Positions 33,628 through 43,981 of a DNA stretch of 64,000 bases are shown here, piece by piece (position 1 is the first letter of the stretch; each line of letters begins with the position of its first letter). Origin of the DNA: an uncultured Actinomycetes bacterium (lineage in GTDB: Bacteria; Actinomycetota; Thermoleophilia; UBA2241). The stretch spans positions 64,001 to 128,000 of the forward strand of contig CAVPVX010000002.1 of the NCBI GenBank assembly GCA_963709345.1, in the 5' to 3' direction. The position numbers were made by a program, and so were the translations under genes. The notes below the pieces were generated by a model, which was not told the DNA's origin, searched no databases, and worked only from the letters and a program-made list of their open reading frames with translations.

Positions 33628-34203
33628 TCAGAGGCCGCCGCCGGACGCGCCGAAGACGCCCGCGTCCTCGCGGTCGCGCAACGCGCGCAGCGCGGCGGCC
33701 CGGGCGCTCCTGCTCGTGCGGTCGACGATCAGGACGCCGTCGAGATGGTCGGTCTCGTGCTGGATCACCCGCGCCTCGAGACCCTCGGCGTGGAAGTCGA
33801 CCGGCTCTCCGGAAGCGTCGAACCCCTGCACGCGCAGACGCACGGCCCGCTCCACGGGCATCGTGACGCCGGGCACGCTCAGGCAGCCCTCGTCGGCCTC
33901 CTCGATCTCGTCCGACACCTCGGACAGGACGGGATTGACCAGCGCGCGCGGGTCATCGTCGATGTCGTAGACGAGCAGGCGCTGCAGCACACCCACCTGC
34001 GGCGCCGCCAGCCCCACGCCCGGCGCCTCGTGCATGACCCGGATCATGTGCCTGGCCAGTTTGCGCAGACTGCGGTCGAACTCGGTCACGTCTCGCGCGT
34101 GCTCGCGGAGCACGGGGTCGCCGATGACATGGATCTCCCGGAGAGCTTCACGCTGGCGCCTGGAGACCTCTTCGTACTGCGCGGTGTCGGTGCTTTCGCT
34201 CAT
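33628..34203 (-). CDS. def: Peptide deformylase
   Basis: GVGLAAPQ, EGCLSVP, QHETDHLDG. Confidence 0.96.
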   Translation of the reverse strand: MSESTDTAQYEEVSRRQREALREIHVIGDPVLREHARDVTEFDRSLRKLARHMIRVMHEAPGVGLAAPQVGVLQRLLVYDIDDDPRALVNPVLSEVSDEIEEADEGCLSVPGVTMPVERAVRLRVQGFDASGEPVDFHAEGLEARVIQHETDHLDGVLIVDRTSRSARAAALRALRDREDAGVFGASGGGL

Positions 34204-34228
34204 GGTGTCATGGTACCTCAAGTCTCCC

Positions 34229-36646
34229 TCATAGCCACTGCGGGTCCACGTCGGGGACAATGCGAACACCCCTGGCCGCATACCGGTCTCGGTTCGCCGC
34301 CAGCCAGAGGCGCAGTGTATCCGAGGTGTTCCCGATTTCGCCGGTCTTTATCACGACGCGGCAGGTGTGCCTGCCTCTCTCCCGCCACAGCGGGCCCGGT
34401 CCCAGGACCTCGGCGACACCCCCGAGCTTGGCCGTGAGCCGCTCGGCGGTGAATCGCCCCGCGACCTCGACCTTCTCCTCCGAAGCGCCCGAGACTTCAA
34501 GCGCGACGAGTGAGCCGGCGGGCGGGTACCCGAGCTCCCGCCGGCGCTGGAGCTCCTCGGCGTAGAACCCCTCGTGGTCGTCGCCCGCCGCCGCGGCTAT
34601 GGCCCGGGCCTCCGGGCTCAGGGTCTGCACGATGACCCGCCCGGGCTTGCCCCCCCTGCCGCTGCGACCCCCGACCTGAACGAGCATCGCGAACGTCCGC
34701 TCCTCGGCCCGGAAGTCCGGGAAGTGCAGGGTCAGGTCGGCGTTCACCACACCGACGAGCGTCACGTCGGGGAAGTGGTGCCCCTTGGCGATCATCTGCG
34801 TGCCGACCAGCACCTTCGCCCCCGGGGCAGCGAACCGGGCAAGCACGTCCTGAAGGCGCGCGTACGACCCCGCCACGTCGGAGTCGAGACGCAGAAGGTC
34901 GACGCCGGGCAGCAGCAGGCGCACCTCGCGCTCCAGTCGTTCAGTGCCGAAGCCGAAGCGGATCAGGTCGGAGCTCCCGCAGCCCGGACACGAGGCGGGC
35001 GCCGGTTCGCCGTGCCCACAGGTGCGGCAGCGCAAGCCGCGCCCGCCGAAGAGAGTCAGCGTGACATCGCAGTGCGGGCACCCCCACGTGTGACCGCAGT
35101 GGTCGCAGACGAGGTAAGAGGCGAAGCCGCGTCTGTTGAGGAAGAGGATGGCCTTGTCCCCGGCGTCGACGGTCGCCGAGAGAGCCTCGGCCAGCGGCGG
35201 TGAGAACACCCCGTGGTGAGCGCGCATGTCCACGATCTCGAGCGCCGGCGGCTGCGACCCGTCGACCCGCTGCCGCAGGCCGGCGTGCAGAGGAACGCGC
35301 GCGTGGCTCTCGACACTGGGCGTCGCCGACCCGAGCACGACCACGGCCCCGGATTCCTCGGCCCGCCAGCGCGCGACCATGCGCGCGTCGTAGGCGGGCT
35401 CGCTCTCCTGCTTGTACGAGGTGTCGTGCTCCTCGTCGACGATGATCAGGCCGAGGTCGACCAGCGGAGCGAAGACGGCCGAGCGAGCGCCGATCACGAT
35501 GCGCACCTCGCCGCGGGCCACGGCGCCGTACGCGAGAAGCCGCTCCCCCGCCGACAGCCCCGAGTGAAGGACGGCGACCGGGGTGGCCGCGAACCGCCGC
35601 CGGACGCGGGCGACGGTCTGCCCCGTGAGGCCTATCTCCGGCACGAGAAGCAGGACCGACCGTCCGGCGCCAAGCGTGGCCTGGGCAGCCTGCAGATACA
35701 CCTCGGTCTTGCCGCTGCCCGTGACCCCATGGAGCAGCACCTCGTCGCCGGGGCGGGCCTCGCAGAGGACGGCGTGCAGAGCCCGTCGCTGCTCCTCCAG
35801 CAGATCGGGGACGTCGCCGAGCGTCGCACAGCCCTGGAGGCGCGCCGCCTGCGCCGGCGCGGCCGGGCCCTCGCAGTCGTCGTCCGGGGCTTCACCGTCC
35901 ACTTCGGCGGCTCCCACCGCCGCCTCGCCGTCCGGGACGGCCACCAGCGCGCCGCTCTCGACCAGCCGGCGCAGTCCGGCCGCCGAGACGCCGCCGGCCG
36001 CGCGAAGCTCGCGCTCCTCGAGCACGCCGGCCTTCTCGACGAGTGCCAAGGCGGCGCGCTGCCTGGGGCCAAGGCGCGCGGGCGTGTCCGGGCCGCGCCG
36101 CAGCCTCCGCCCCGCCGGGGTCACTCCCACGACGTGTACCTGATACGAGATCCTCAGCCACCCTTTGCGCCGATACCGGTCGGCCGGCCCCGCAAGACTT
36201 CCACCGGGGAGCTTGAGATCGGCGAGATCCGCGAGCCCGTCCTCACCGGCATCCAGAGCCGCACGCCCCGCAGCCGTCAAGTGATACCGGCGCACGACCT
36301 TCAGAGCGCCCGTCGGGGGACACACGAGACCGAGCGCGGCGGCGAACGAGGTGAGATAGTACTCCTCGACGCGGCGCGCCAGGCGCAGAAGCGGCTCGGG
36401 GATGGCCGGTACGTCGAGAAGGTCTCGCACGGGGAGGATCCGGCCCTCGTGAGCCGTGGTCTCCCGGAGTTCGAGGACGACGCCGATCACCGTCTGCGGC
36501 CCGAGCGGGACGGCGACGAGGGTGCCGGGGCGCAGCCGCCCTTCGAGCTCGAAGGGGATGTGGTAGTCGAATGCCTCCGTGAAGGCGCGCGTGCGCACAA
36601 GCGGGAATACGGCGGCGTAGCTCATAGTGCGCCGCAGCGGGCTCAT
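34229..36646 (-). CDS. priA: Primosomal protein N' (alternative start 36625)
   Basis: GVTGSGKTEVY, DEEH, LGSATPS, four CxxC pairs, GTQMIAKG, QVGGRSGR. Confidence 0.95.
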   Translation of the reverse strand: MSPLRRTMSYAAVFPLVRTRAFTEAFDYHIPFELEGRLRPGTLVAVPLGPQTVIGVVLELRETTAHEGRILPVRDLLDVPAIPEPLLRLARRVEEYYLTSFAAALGLVCPPTGALKVVRRYHLTAAGRAALDAGEDGLADLADLKLPGGSLAGPADRYRRKGWLRISYQVHVVGVTPAGRRLRRGPDTPARLGPRQRAALALVEKAGVLEERELRAAGGVSAAGLRRLVESGALVAVPDGEAAVGAAEVDGEAPDDDCEGPAAPAQAARLQGCATLGDVPDLLEEQRRALHAVLCEARPGDEVLLHGVTGSGKTEVYLQAAQATLGAGRSVLLLVPEIGLTGQTVARVRRRFAATPVAVLHSGLSAGERLLAYGAVARGEVRIVIGARSAVFAPLVDLGLIIVDEEHDTSYKQESEPAYDARMVARWRAEESGAVVVLGSATPSVESHARVPLHAGLRQRVDGSQPPALEIVDMRAHHGVFSPPLAEALSATVDAGDKAILFLNRRGFASYLVCDHCGHTWGCPHCDVTLTLFGGRGLRCRTCGHGEPAPASCPGCGSSDLIRFGFGTERLEREVRLLLPGVDLLRLDSDVAGSYARLQDVLARFAAPGAKVLVGTQMIAKGHHFPDVTLVGVVNADLTLHFPDFRAEERTFAMLVQVGGRSGRGGKPGRVIVQTLSPEARAIAAAAGDDHEGFYAEELQRRRELGYPPAGSLVALEVSGASEEKVEVAGRFTAERLTAKLGGVAEVLGPGPLWRERGRHTCRVVIKTGEIGNTSDTLRLWLAANRDRYAARGVRIVPDVDPQWL

Positions 36647-36707
36647 GGAGCGGGCCTCCGTAGGCTCACCGCTCAGGCCACGCCGCCGTCCGCCCGCGGC
36701 AGACTCG

Positions 36708-37922
36708 TCAGCCCGTGAGGCCGGCGGCCGCGCGAAGCGCGTCGGCCTTGTCGGTGCGCTCCCACGTGAAGTCGCGATCGTGACGGCCGAAGTGACCATA
36801 CGCAGCCGTCTTCTGGTAGATCGGGCGCCGCAGGTCGAGGTCGCGCAGGATCGCCGCCGGGCGCAGGTCGAAATGCTCGCCGATCAGTCGCTCGATCGAG
36901 TGGATCTCGACCTTCTCGGTATCCTCACAGTCGACCATCACCGAGACCGGGTGCGCGACGCCGATGGCATACGCCACCTGCAGCTGACAGCGCTCGGCCA
37001 GGCCGGCGGCAACGATGTTCTTGGCCACGTACCGGGCCGCGTAGGCGCCGGAGCGGTCGACCTTGCTGGGATCCTTGCCCGAGAACGCGCCGCCGCCGTG
37101 CGGAGCGGCGCCGCCGTACGTGTCGACGACGATCTTGCGACCCGTGAGGCCGCAGTCGCCCATAGGCCCGCCGATCACGAACTTGCCGGTGGCGTTGATC
37201 ACCGTGATGTCCTCTAGCTTGCTCGCGTCGTACATGCCCTTCGGGAGGATCGGCTCGACCACGTGCTCGAGCAGGTCCGGGTAGATGATGCTCTGCAGGT
37301 CGGCGCTCTCCGCATGCTGCGACGCGAGGACGACCTTGACGATCTCCACCGGCTGCCCGGCCTCGTAGCGGACCGTGACCTGGGTCTTGCCGTCAGGACG
37401 CAGGTACGGGAGGATCTCGGCCTTGCGCACGTCGGCCAGGCGGCGCGACAGCTTGTGCGCCAGCGAGATCGGCAGCGGCATGAGCTCCGGAGTCTCGGTG
37501 CAGGCGTAGCCGAACATCATCCCCTGGTCGCCGGCGCCCTGCGTGTCGAGGACGTCGTCGTCGTTCACGTCCGTGCGCACCTCGAGGGCGGACGAGACGC
37601 CCTGGCCGATGTCCGGCGACTGCTCGTCGAGGGCCACCATGACGCCGCAGGTCTCGTAGTCGTACCCGTAGTGGGCGCTGGTATAGCCGACGTCCTTGAC
37701 CGTCCGGCGGACTATCTTGGGGATGTCGACGTACGTCTCGGTGGTGATCTCGCCGGCAACGAAGGCCAGACCGGTGGTCACGAGCGTCTCGCAGGCGACG
37801 CGGCCATACGGGTCGTCGGCGAGGATCGCGTCGAGGATGGCGTCGGAGATCTGGTCGGCGAGCTTGTCGGGGTGACCCTCGGTGACCGACTCCGAGGTGA
37901 ACAGATAGTCCCTCTTGTCCAA
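36708..37922 (-). CDS. metK: S-adenosylmethionine synthetase
   Basis: [35 protein letters not shown]; TTG start with GGAGG RBS. Confidence 0.97.
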   Translation of the reverse strand: MDKRDYLFTSESVTEGHPDKLADQISDAILDAILADDPYGRVACETLVTTGLAFVAGEITTETYVDIPKIVRRTVKDVGYTSAHYGYDYETCGVMVALDEQSPDIGQGVSSALEVRTDVNDDDVLDTQGAGDQGMMFGYACTETPELMPLPISLAHKLSRRLADVRKAEILPYLRPDGKTQVTVRYEAGQPVEIVKVVLASQHAESADLQSIIYPDLLEHVVEPILPKGMYDASKLEDITVINATGKFVIGGPMGDCGLTGRKIVVDTYGGAAPHGGGAFSGKDPSKVDRSGAYAARYVAKNIVAAGLAERCQLQVAYAIGVAHPVSVMVDCEDTEKVEIHSIERLIGEHFDLRPAAILRDLDLRRPIYQKTAAYGHFGRHDRDFTWERTDKADALRAAAGLTG

Positions 37923-38050
37923 AGTTCCGTCCTCCGGGGGACACGCGGCGCGGCCCATGCCGGCGCGGGTTGGATGCGGCGTCTGGCGGCCGCGCGAGGC
38001 CCGACGGGGCGCCCTCCGGGCGCCGGGACGGGCGGCTCGCGGCCTGGGCG

Positions 38051-38080
38051 AGTCTACCAGACGGCCGTGACGGGCGGCAA
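38051..38080 (-). promoter_or_regulatory. Putative metK promoter
   Basis: TTGCCG-N18-TAGACT with an extended TG. Confidence 0.55.
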
Positions 38081-38153
38081 CGCGACCGGAACTCCCCGCC
38101 CCTCCTCGCGACGGGCAGGGCGAACAGACGAGCAGCGGTTGAGAGCGGGGGCC

Positions 38154-39148
38154 TCAGCCGGCGTGGCGTTCCCTCTTCGGAGAGCGGCCCATCAAGTCGG
38201 CGACGCTCTCCTGCGGCGTGCGGTTGCTCTCGAGCACCTGGTATACGTTCTCGGTCACCGGCATGTCGATGCCGAGGCGCCCGGCCAGGTCGTGGAGGGC
38301 ATACGCCGTCGGGATTCCCTCCACGACCTGGCCGACCTGCGCCTGGACCTCGGCCGGCGAAGCCCCCTGGCAAGCAGTTCGCCCGCCAGCCGGTTGCGGC
38401 TGTGCCGCGACGTGCAGGTGGCGATGAGGTCGCCTATGCCGGCAAGACCCGTGAACGTCGCGATGTGCGCGCCTTGGATCATGCCGAGGCGCGTCATCTC
38501 GGCGACGCTGCGTGTGATGAGGCTGGCGCGGGAGTTGTCGCCGAAGCCGAGGCCGTCGGACATGCCGACAGCCACGGCGATGGGGTTCTTGACGGCGCCG
38601 CAGAACTCGACGCCGACGAGGTCGTCGTTGGTGTACACGCGGAAGGTCTCACTCGTGACGACCGCCTGCAACTCGAGCGCCAGCGCCTCGTCCGCGGCCG
38701 CGATCACGGTCGCCGAAGGCATGTCTTTGCTGACCTCTTCGGCGTGGTTGGGGCCGGAGAGCGCCGCGGCGGCGGCCCCTGTCTCCTCCTCGATCACCTG
38801 CGTCGGCCGCTTGAGCGTCCCGAGCTCATACCCCTTCGCCAGCGAAAGCTGCAGCGAGTCCGAGGCGCGCCGGGGCGCGATCCAGCCCGCAACCTCGCGC
38901 ACGGCTTGGGTGGGCACGGCATACACCAGCAGCTCGGCGTCGCCGAGATCGGCGTCATCCATCGCGAGAAAGCGGATGCTCTCCGGAAGCCGCACTCCGG
39001 GAAGGAAGTGCGGGTTCTCGTGTGTCGCCTCGAGCTCGACGGCCTCGGGCCGCGTGAGCGCCAAGACCTGGACGTCGTGGCCGCGATTCGCCAGCAGACG
39101 CGCGAAACCACTCCCCCAGCTTCCCGACCCGATCACGGTGACTCTCAT
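38154..39148 (-). CDS. gpsA: NAD(P)H-dependent glycerol-3-phosphate dehydrogenase, with a -1 frameshift at 38363-38367
   Basis: GSGSWG, LSGPNHA, GAVKN, GLAGIGDL.ATC.S.HSRN; the C-terminus (VVEGIPT...DMPV) continues in another frame. Confidence 0.9.
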
Positions 39149-39169
39149 CCCGCTCCCCTCCCAAGCCCG

Positions 39170-39796
39170 CTATGCCGCCGATCGTTGCCGCGTCCACGGA
39201 AGCGTCACGCGGTTCTCTTCGCCGGCGAGCAGACGGCTGATGTTGCCGCGGTGCGCCCACCAGACCAAGACGGCCACGAGCACGCCGGCGATCTCGTAGG
39301 GCAGCGGCTCGCCGAACGCGATGGTGAGGATCGGCACCATGAGAGCCGCGACCAGCGACGCCACGCTCACATACCTCGTCACGACGATGAGCAGGAGCCA
39401 TGTCGAGAAGATGATGAGGAAGGCAACGGGCACGAGCGCCAGCACCACGCCTGCACCGGTGGCGATGCCCTTGCCGCCCTTCCCCTTGAGGAAGATGGAG
39501 TAGATGTGCCCGAGCACCGGCGCTGAAGCGATGAAGATCGCGACCCACGGGTCGAAGAGCGCCGCGGCGACGACCGCGGGGATGTAGCCTTTGAGGATGT
39601 CGCTGATCATGACGGCGATCCCGGCCTTCTTGCCGAGCACGCGAAAGACGTTCGTCGTGCCGACGTTGCCGGAACCGAGTTCGCGGACGTCCACGCCGTA
39701 GAAGACCTTGCCGACGACGAGCCCGAAGGGGATCGACCCGGCGATGTACGCCAGGAAGAGCAGGACGGCGAACCCGATCACCTGGAGCGCGATCAC
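39170..39796 (-). CDS. plsY: Glycerol-3-phosphate acyltransferase PlsY
   Basis: GSIPFG, GSGNVGTTN, DILKG, GH, GGKGIAT, H..NI.RL..G.E. Confidence 0.95.
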   Translation of the reverse strand: MIALQVIGFAVLLFLAYIAGSIPFGLVVGKVFYGVDVRELGSGNVGTTNVFRVLGKKAGIAVMISDILKGYIPAVVAAALFDPWVAIFIASAPVLGHIYSIFLKGKGGKGIATGAGVVLALVPVAFLIIFSTWLLLIVVTRYVSVASLVAALMVPILTIAFGEPLPYEIAGVLVAVLVWWAHRGNISRLLAGEENRVTLPWTRQRSAA

Positions 39797-41106
39797 TTCT
39801 TGCCCTTGAAGTCGATCACGAGGGGCACGCCCTCAAGTCCGTAGCGGGCCCTGAGCCGGTTCTCGACGAAGAACCCGAAGTCGCGCGTGACCAGTGTGCG
39901 GTCGTTCACCTCGATGGCGAACCGCGGCGGAGAAGTCCCGAACTGAGAGATGTAGTACATCTTCAGGCGCTTGCCGTGCTTCATCGGTGCGCTGCGGTCG
40001 CCGGCGAGGTCCGCGAGGGCGCGGTTGAGCTCGCCGGTCGAGAGGTGGGCCGTGTAGCGAGCGTGCAGGCCGGCGATCGTCGCGAGCAGGTCACGGATGC
40101 CGCGACGCGTCTCCGACGAGACGACGACCACCGGAGGCCTCTGGCGGAGTTTCCGGCTGGCGATCCCCTCGATCTCCTCGAGGTCCGGCTCCACGAGATC
40201 CGACTTGCTCACCGCGATGACGGTGGCGCAGTGGTTACGGGTCGCCTCGGTGCAGATCGAGAGGTCGCGTTCCCCGAACCGCACGGTCGCGTCGGCGACG
40301 ATGACGGCGACATGAGCGCGACTGAGGCTCTGGACGCTGCGCAGGTACGAGTAGTACTCGACGCCGCTGACCTTGGCCGCCTTGCGCATCCCGGCCGTGT
40401 CGATGAAGCGGAAGGCGCCGTGGGGCGTCTGCACAAGCGTGTCGATCGAGTCCCTGGTCGTACCCGCGATCTCGCTGACGATCGTGCGTGTCTCGCCGGC
40501 GATGGCGTTGAACAGCGACGACTTGCCCGCGTTCGGCCGGCCGACGATGGCGACCGGCGTCTCGAGCGGCGCCGCGACCTCGGGCTCGCCCTCGACGGGC
40601 CGCTCGGCGCCGCTGACCTCGACGAGGCGGTCCAGCAACTCCCCGGTACCGAGCCCGTGGACGGCCGACACGATCAGGGGCTCGCCGAGACCCAACTGAT
40701 AGACCTCGGGAGCCGCGCTGGTCACCGCCGGGTCGTCCACCTTGTTCGCCACCAGGACGACCGGCACGCGGGCGCGGCGGAGGACGTCGGCGATGCCGTG
40801 GTCGTCGGCGAGAGGCCCGGTCCGGCCGTCGACCACGAACAGAACCGCGTCGGCGGTCTGGATCGCCCGCTCGACCTGATCGCGAATGTGCCCGGCGAAC
40901 GGGGCGTCCTCCGTCGTGTCGTACCCACCGGTGTCGACGAACAACATGCGGTGGCCCGTCCACTCGACCTCGATCTCCTTGCGGTCGCGCGTGACGCCCG
41001 GCGTCTCGTGGACGACAGCCGTGCGCGTACCGCTGAGCCGGTTCACGAGAGTGGATTTGCCAGCGTTCGGCGAACCGACGATGATGATGGTGGGTCGTTG
41101 ACTCAT
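39793..41106 (-). CDS. der: Ribosome biogenesis GTPase Der/EngA
   Basis: Two G domains (GSPNAGKS, GRPNAGKS; DTGG, DTAG) and a KH-like C-terminus. Confidence 0.95.
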   Translation of the reverse strand: MSQRPTIIIVGSPNAGKSTLVNRLSGTRTAVVHETPGVTRDRKEIEVEWTGHRMLFVDTGGYDTTEDAPFAGHIRDQVERAIQTADAVLFVVDGRTGPLADDHGIADVLRRARVPVVLVANKVDDPAVTSAAPEVYQLGLGEPLIVSAVHGLGTGELLDRLVEVSGAERPVEGEPEVAAPLETPVAIVGRPNAGKSSLFNAIAGETRTIVSEIAGTTRDSIDTLVQTPHGAFRFIDTAGMRKAAKVSGVEYYSYLRSVQSLSRAHVAVIVADATVRFGERDLSICTEATRNHCATVIAVSKSDLVEPDLEEIEGIASRKLRQRPPVVVVSSETRRGIRDLLATIAGLHARYTAHLSTGELNRALADLAGDRSAPMKHGKRLKMYYISQFGTSPPRFAIEVNDRTLVTRDFGFFVENRLRARYGLEGVPLVIDFKGKK

Positions 41107-42401
41107 CGGCACAGTGTAACAAACGCGTCGCGCAACGTATCAGCGACGAGAAGACGACCGCCGCACGCGGCACTCAACTCCTCCTCGCCGACGTCGTCCA
41201 GCGTCCGGCCGAGCGCCGCGGGAATGAACACGCGCGGAGCCACAAGCCACTCGTCCGCCGCCAGGGGCCGGCGGCCGAGCGCGGCCATCACCTCTTCGCC
41301 GCCGAGGAGACCCGTCACGGTCACATGCGGCCCGAAAAGCCGGTTCTCGACCGCGAACGGCCGAGTAGGCACGCCGGTCGCCGACGCCACCAGGCCACAC
41401 GCCCGCTCCACGACCGGCAGCGCCAGAGTCCCCGTGAGCAACCGTGCGGCGGCGGCGGCGGTGCCCGACCCCGGCATCGCGCCGAGCCCGGCGGCCTCGG
41501 CGAGCAGCGAGGCCGAGATGCCGACGCCGTTCTCGTACTGATCCGGAGCGTCGCCGAGCGGGGGCTCCGCTCCGGCGAGCAGGAACAACTCGTCGGCGCC
41601 GTGCACGACGTCTCGCCCGCGGCGCGCGCGGAACCGCCGCTGCGCACCGTCCACCACCTCAAGGACCGCTGCGGCATCGGCCGCGGTGACACGCCGGAGC
41701 TCACCTTCGGCGGCCAGCGACACGGGCACGATACCGAGGTCCGCGACCGCACCCAGATCGCCGGCGCGCGCGATGGTCTCCTCGAGCACGGCACCGTCGT
41801 TCCAGCCCGGGCACAGCACCACCTGCACGTGCAGATCCAGGCCGGCCGCCGCGAGCCGCTCCAGAGCGGCTCGAGAGCCGGCCGCGGCCCGCCCCATCAG
41901 ACGGACGCGGGCCTCGTCGTCCCAGGCATGCAGCGAAACGTACAGCGGTGACAGCCGCAGGTCCTCGATGCGACGCAGGTCGTCCTCGTCGAGATTGCTC
42001 AGCGTCATGAAGTTGCCGTGGAGAAAGGAGAGTCGGTAGTCGTCGTCCTTCACGTACAGCGCCGGTCGCAGACCAGCCGGCACCTGGTCGACGAAGCAGA
42101 ACCGGCAGGCGTTGCGACAGGTCCGCGGCTCGTCCCCCAGCCCGCCCTTTTCCAGCGAGACGCCGTGCCACTCACCCGCAGGCAGCGCGACGACGAGATC
42201 AAGGGGATGCCCGTCGCGCAGGACGGTCAGCCACAGGGCGCCGTCGGCGGCGGCGTCCTCGAGGTCCAGCACGTCCACGGGCCGCTTGTCGTTCAGACTC
42301 ACGATGCAGTCGCCGGCGCGCAGACCGGCGCGCGCGGCGGGCCCCCTGACGTCGGCGACAGTGACACCTGCGCCGGCGCCCCACCTCCGGGGCTCACTCA
42401 C
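41103..42401 (-). CDS. PDZ + radical SAM-like DUF512 protein
   Basis: AARAGLRAGD PDZ, CRNACRFCFVDQ, LYVKDDDYRLSF, QYENGVG, V.VTGLL. Confidence 0.88.
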   Translation of the reverse strand: MSEPRRWGAGAGVTVADVRGPAARAGLRAGDCIVSLNDKRPVDVLDLEDAAADGALWLTVLRDGHPLDLVVALPAGEWHGVSLEKGGLGDEPRTCRNACRFCFVDQVPAGLRPALYVKDDDYRLSFLHGNFMTLSNLDEDDLRRIEDLRLSPLYVSLHAWDDEARVRLMGRAAAGSRAALERLAAAGLDLHVQVVLCPGWNDGAVLEETIARAGDLGAVADLGIVPVSLAAEGELRRVTAADAAAVLEVVDGAQRRFRARRGRDVVHGADELFLLAGAEPPLGDAPDQYENGVGISASLLAEAAGLGAMPGSGTAAAAARLLTGTLALPVVERACGLVASATGVPTRPFAVENRLFGPHVTVTGLLGGEEVMAALGRRPLAADEWLVAPRVFIPAALGRTLDDVGEEELSAACGGRLLVADTLRDAFVTLCR

Positions 42402-43353
42402 CGCACAGGTCCAGAAGCGTGCGCACCGTCGCCTCGATCTCCGCGTCGGGCGTCGAGGCGCCTGCGGTGACTCCGATCCGCCGTGCGCCCCGCAGCCACT
42501 CCGCGCGCAGTTCCGCCGCCGATTCGATGTGGTGCGTCTGTGGCTCAATCGCCCGGCAGAGCTGCGCCAGGCGCGCTGTGTTGGCGCTGTTCCGCCCGCC
42601 GACGACGAGCACGACGTCCACCTCCCCGGCGAGCTCGCACGCGGCGGTCTGTCTCTTCTCGGTGGCGTCGCAGACCGTGTTGAAGACGAGCAGCTCTCGG
42701 GCGACCGGCGCCAGCGCCGCGGCCACGCCCGAGAGGTTGGCGCGCGTCTGCGTCGTCTGCACGACCACGCCCACGCGCCGCCCGCAAAGCAGTTCCAGCG
42801 GCAGTCCGGCCGCATCCTCGACCACCACCGCTTCAGCGCCGGCGAACCCCTCGAGGCCGGCGACCTCGGGGTGGTCGCGCTCACCGAGGATCACCACCGC
42901 ATACCCGGCCTCCTGCAACCCGGCCGCCTTGCGCTGCGCAACGGCGACGAAGGGGCACGTCGCGTCGACCACGTTCAGACTGCGCGAGCACGCCCGCTTG
43001 AGCACGTCAGGCGAGACGCCGTGGGTACGCACGATGAGTGTGCCGACGCCGGCCTGCTCGGCCTCGTCGACGTCGCCGACGACGTCGACGCCCCGAGCCT
43101 GCAGACTGCCGACGACGCTGGGGTTGTGGATGATGGGGCCGAGCGTCGCCACCGGCGCGGGGGCCGCATCCACGGCCTCCCCCGTGAGTCGCAGGGCACG
43201 CTCGACGCCGTAGCAGTACCCGGCGTACCGCGCGACCACGATATCGACCCCGCCGCGGCGCGCGTGACGCAGGTCGGCGCGCCGCTCGGGCTCGTCATCG
43301 TACGGCGGGCCGCCGAAGCAGGCCCCGCCCGCCGCGTCGTCAGAGCTGCGCAT
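42394..43353 (-). CDS. ispH: 4-hydroxy-3-methylbut-2-enyl diphosphate reductase (start uncertain)
   Basis: GYCYGV, IIHN, DATCP, H.EV, QTT, NTVC, S.N, TAGASTP. Confidence 0.94.
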   Translation of the reverse strand: MRSSDDAAGGACFGGPPYDDEPERRADLRHARRGGVDIVVARYAGYCYGVERALRLTGEAVDAAPAPVATLGPIIHNPSVVGSLQARGVDVVGDVDEAEQAGVGTLIVRTHGVSPDVLKRACSRSLNVVDATCPFVAVAQRKAAGLQEAGYAVVILGERDHPEVAGLEGFAGAEAVVVEDAAGLPLELLCGRRVGVVVQTTQTRANLSGVAAALAPVARELLVFNTVCDATEKRQTAACELAGEVDVVLVVGGRNSANTARLAQLCRAIEPQTHHIESAAELRAEWLRGARRIGVTAGASTPDAEIEATVRTLLDLCGE

Positions 43354-43981
43354 ACAGGTCCGCGACGTCGGCCTGCATCCGCCGTGCGGCCTCGTGATAC
43401 GCCTTACTGCCGCGACCGCCGATGTCGCTCAGGTCGACCGGAGGGCCGACCAGGCCACGCAGGGCCGGCAACCCGGGCCGCCCGGCCCGGATCATGCGCT
43501 GTGTCCCATCCATCGCCAGCGGCACCACCGGTGCGCCGCTACGCAGCGCGATCATGCCCACCCCGGGAAGGAAGTCGTGGACGGCGTCGTCTCTCTGGCG
43601 GTGGCCCTCGGGGAACATCAGCAGCACCTCGCCGCGGCCGAGGATCTCGAGAGACGTCCGGAGCGCCTCGCGATCGCCGGCCCCGCGGTCGATCGGAAAC
43701 GCGCCCAGGCTCACGATCAGCTTGCGGAACACCGCGTTGCCGAACAGCTCCTTCTTCGCCATGTACCGCAGGGGCCGGTCGAAGATCATGCCGGCGATGA
43801 CGGGGTCGAAGTACGCTTTGTGATTCATGATCACCATCGCGGGCCCGTCGGCCGGCAGGTTTCCGGCCCCCCGGACCCGGCAACGGTAGACACCGCCGAA
43901 GAGCGGGACGGCGAACCAGCGGCAGAACGTGTACAGGCCGCTCTCGCCGTGACCGGCGAGCGGTAGTCCCCAGGCCCTCAC
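43340..43981 (-). CDS. plsC: 1-acyl-sn-glycerol-3-phosphate acyltransferase
   Basis: NHKAYFD (HX4D), MAKKELF, FPEG. Confidence 0.88.
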   Translation of the reverse strand: MRAWGLPLAGHGESGLYTFCRWFAVPLFGGVYRCRVRGAGNLPADGPAMVIMNHKAYFDPVIAGMIFDRPLRYMAKKELFGNAVFRKLIVSLGAFPIDRGAGDREALRTSLEILGRGEVLLMFPEGHRQRDDAVHDFLPGVGMIALRSGAPVVPLAMDGTQRMIRAGRPGLPALRGLVGPPVDLSDIGGRGSKAYHEAARRMQADVADLYAQL

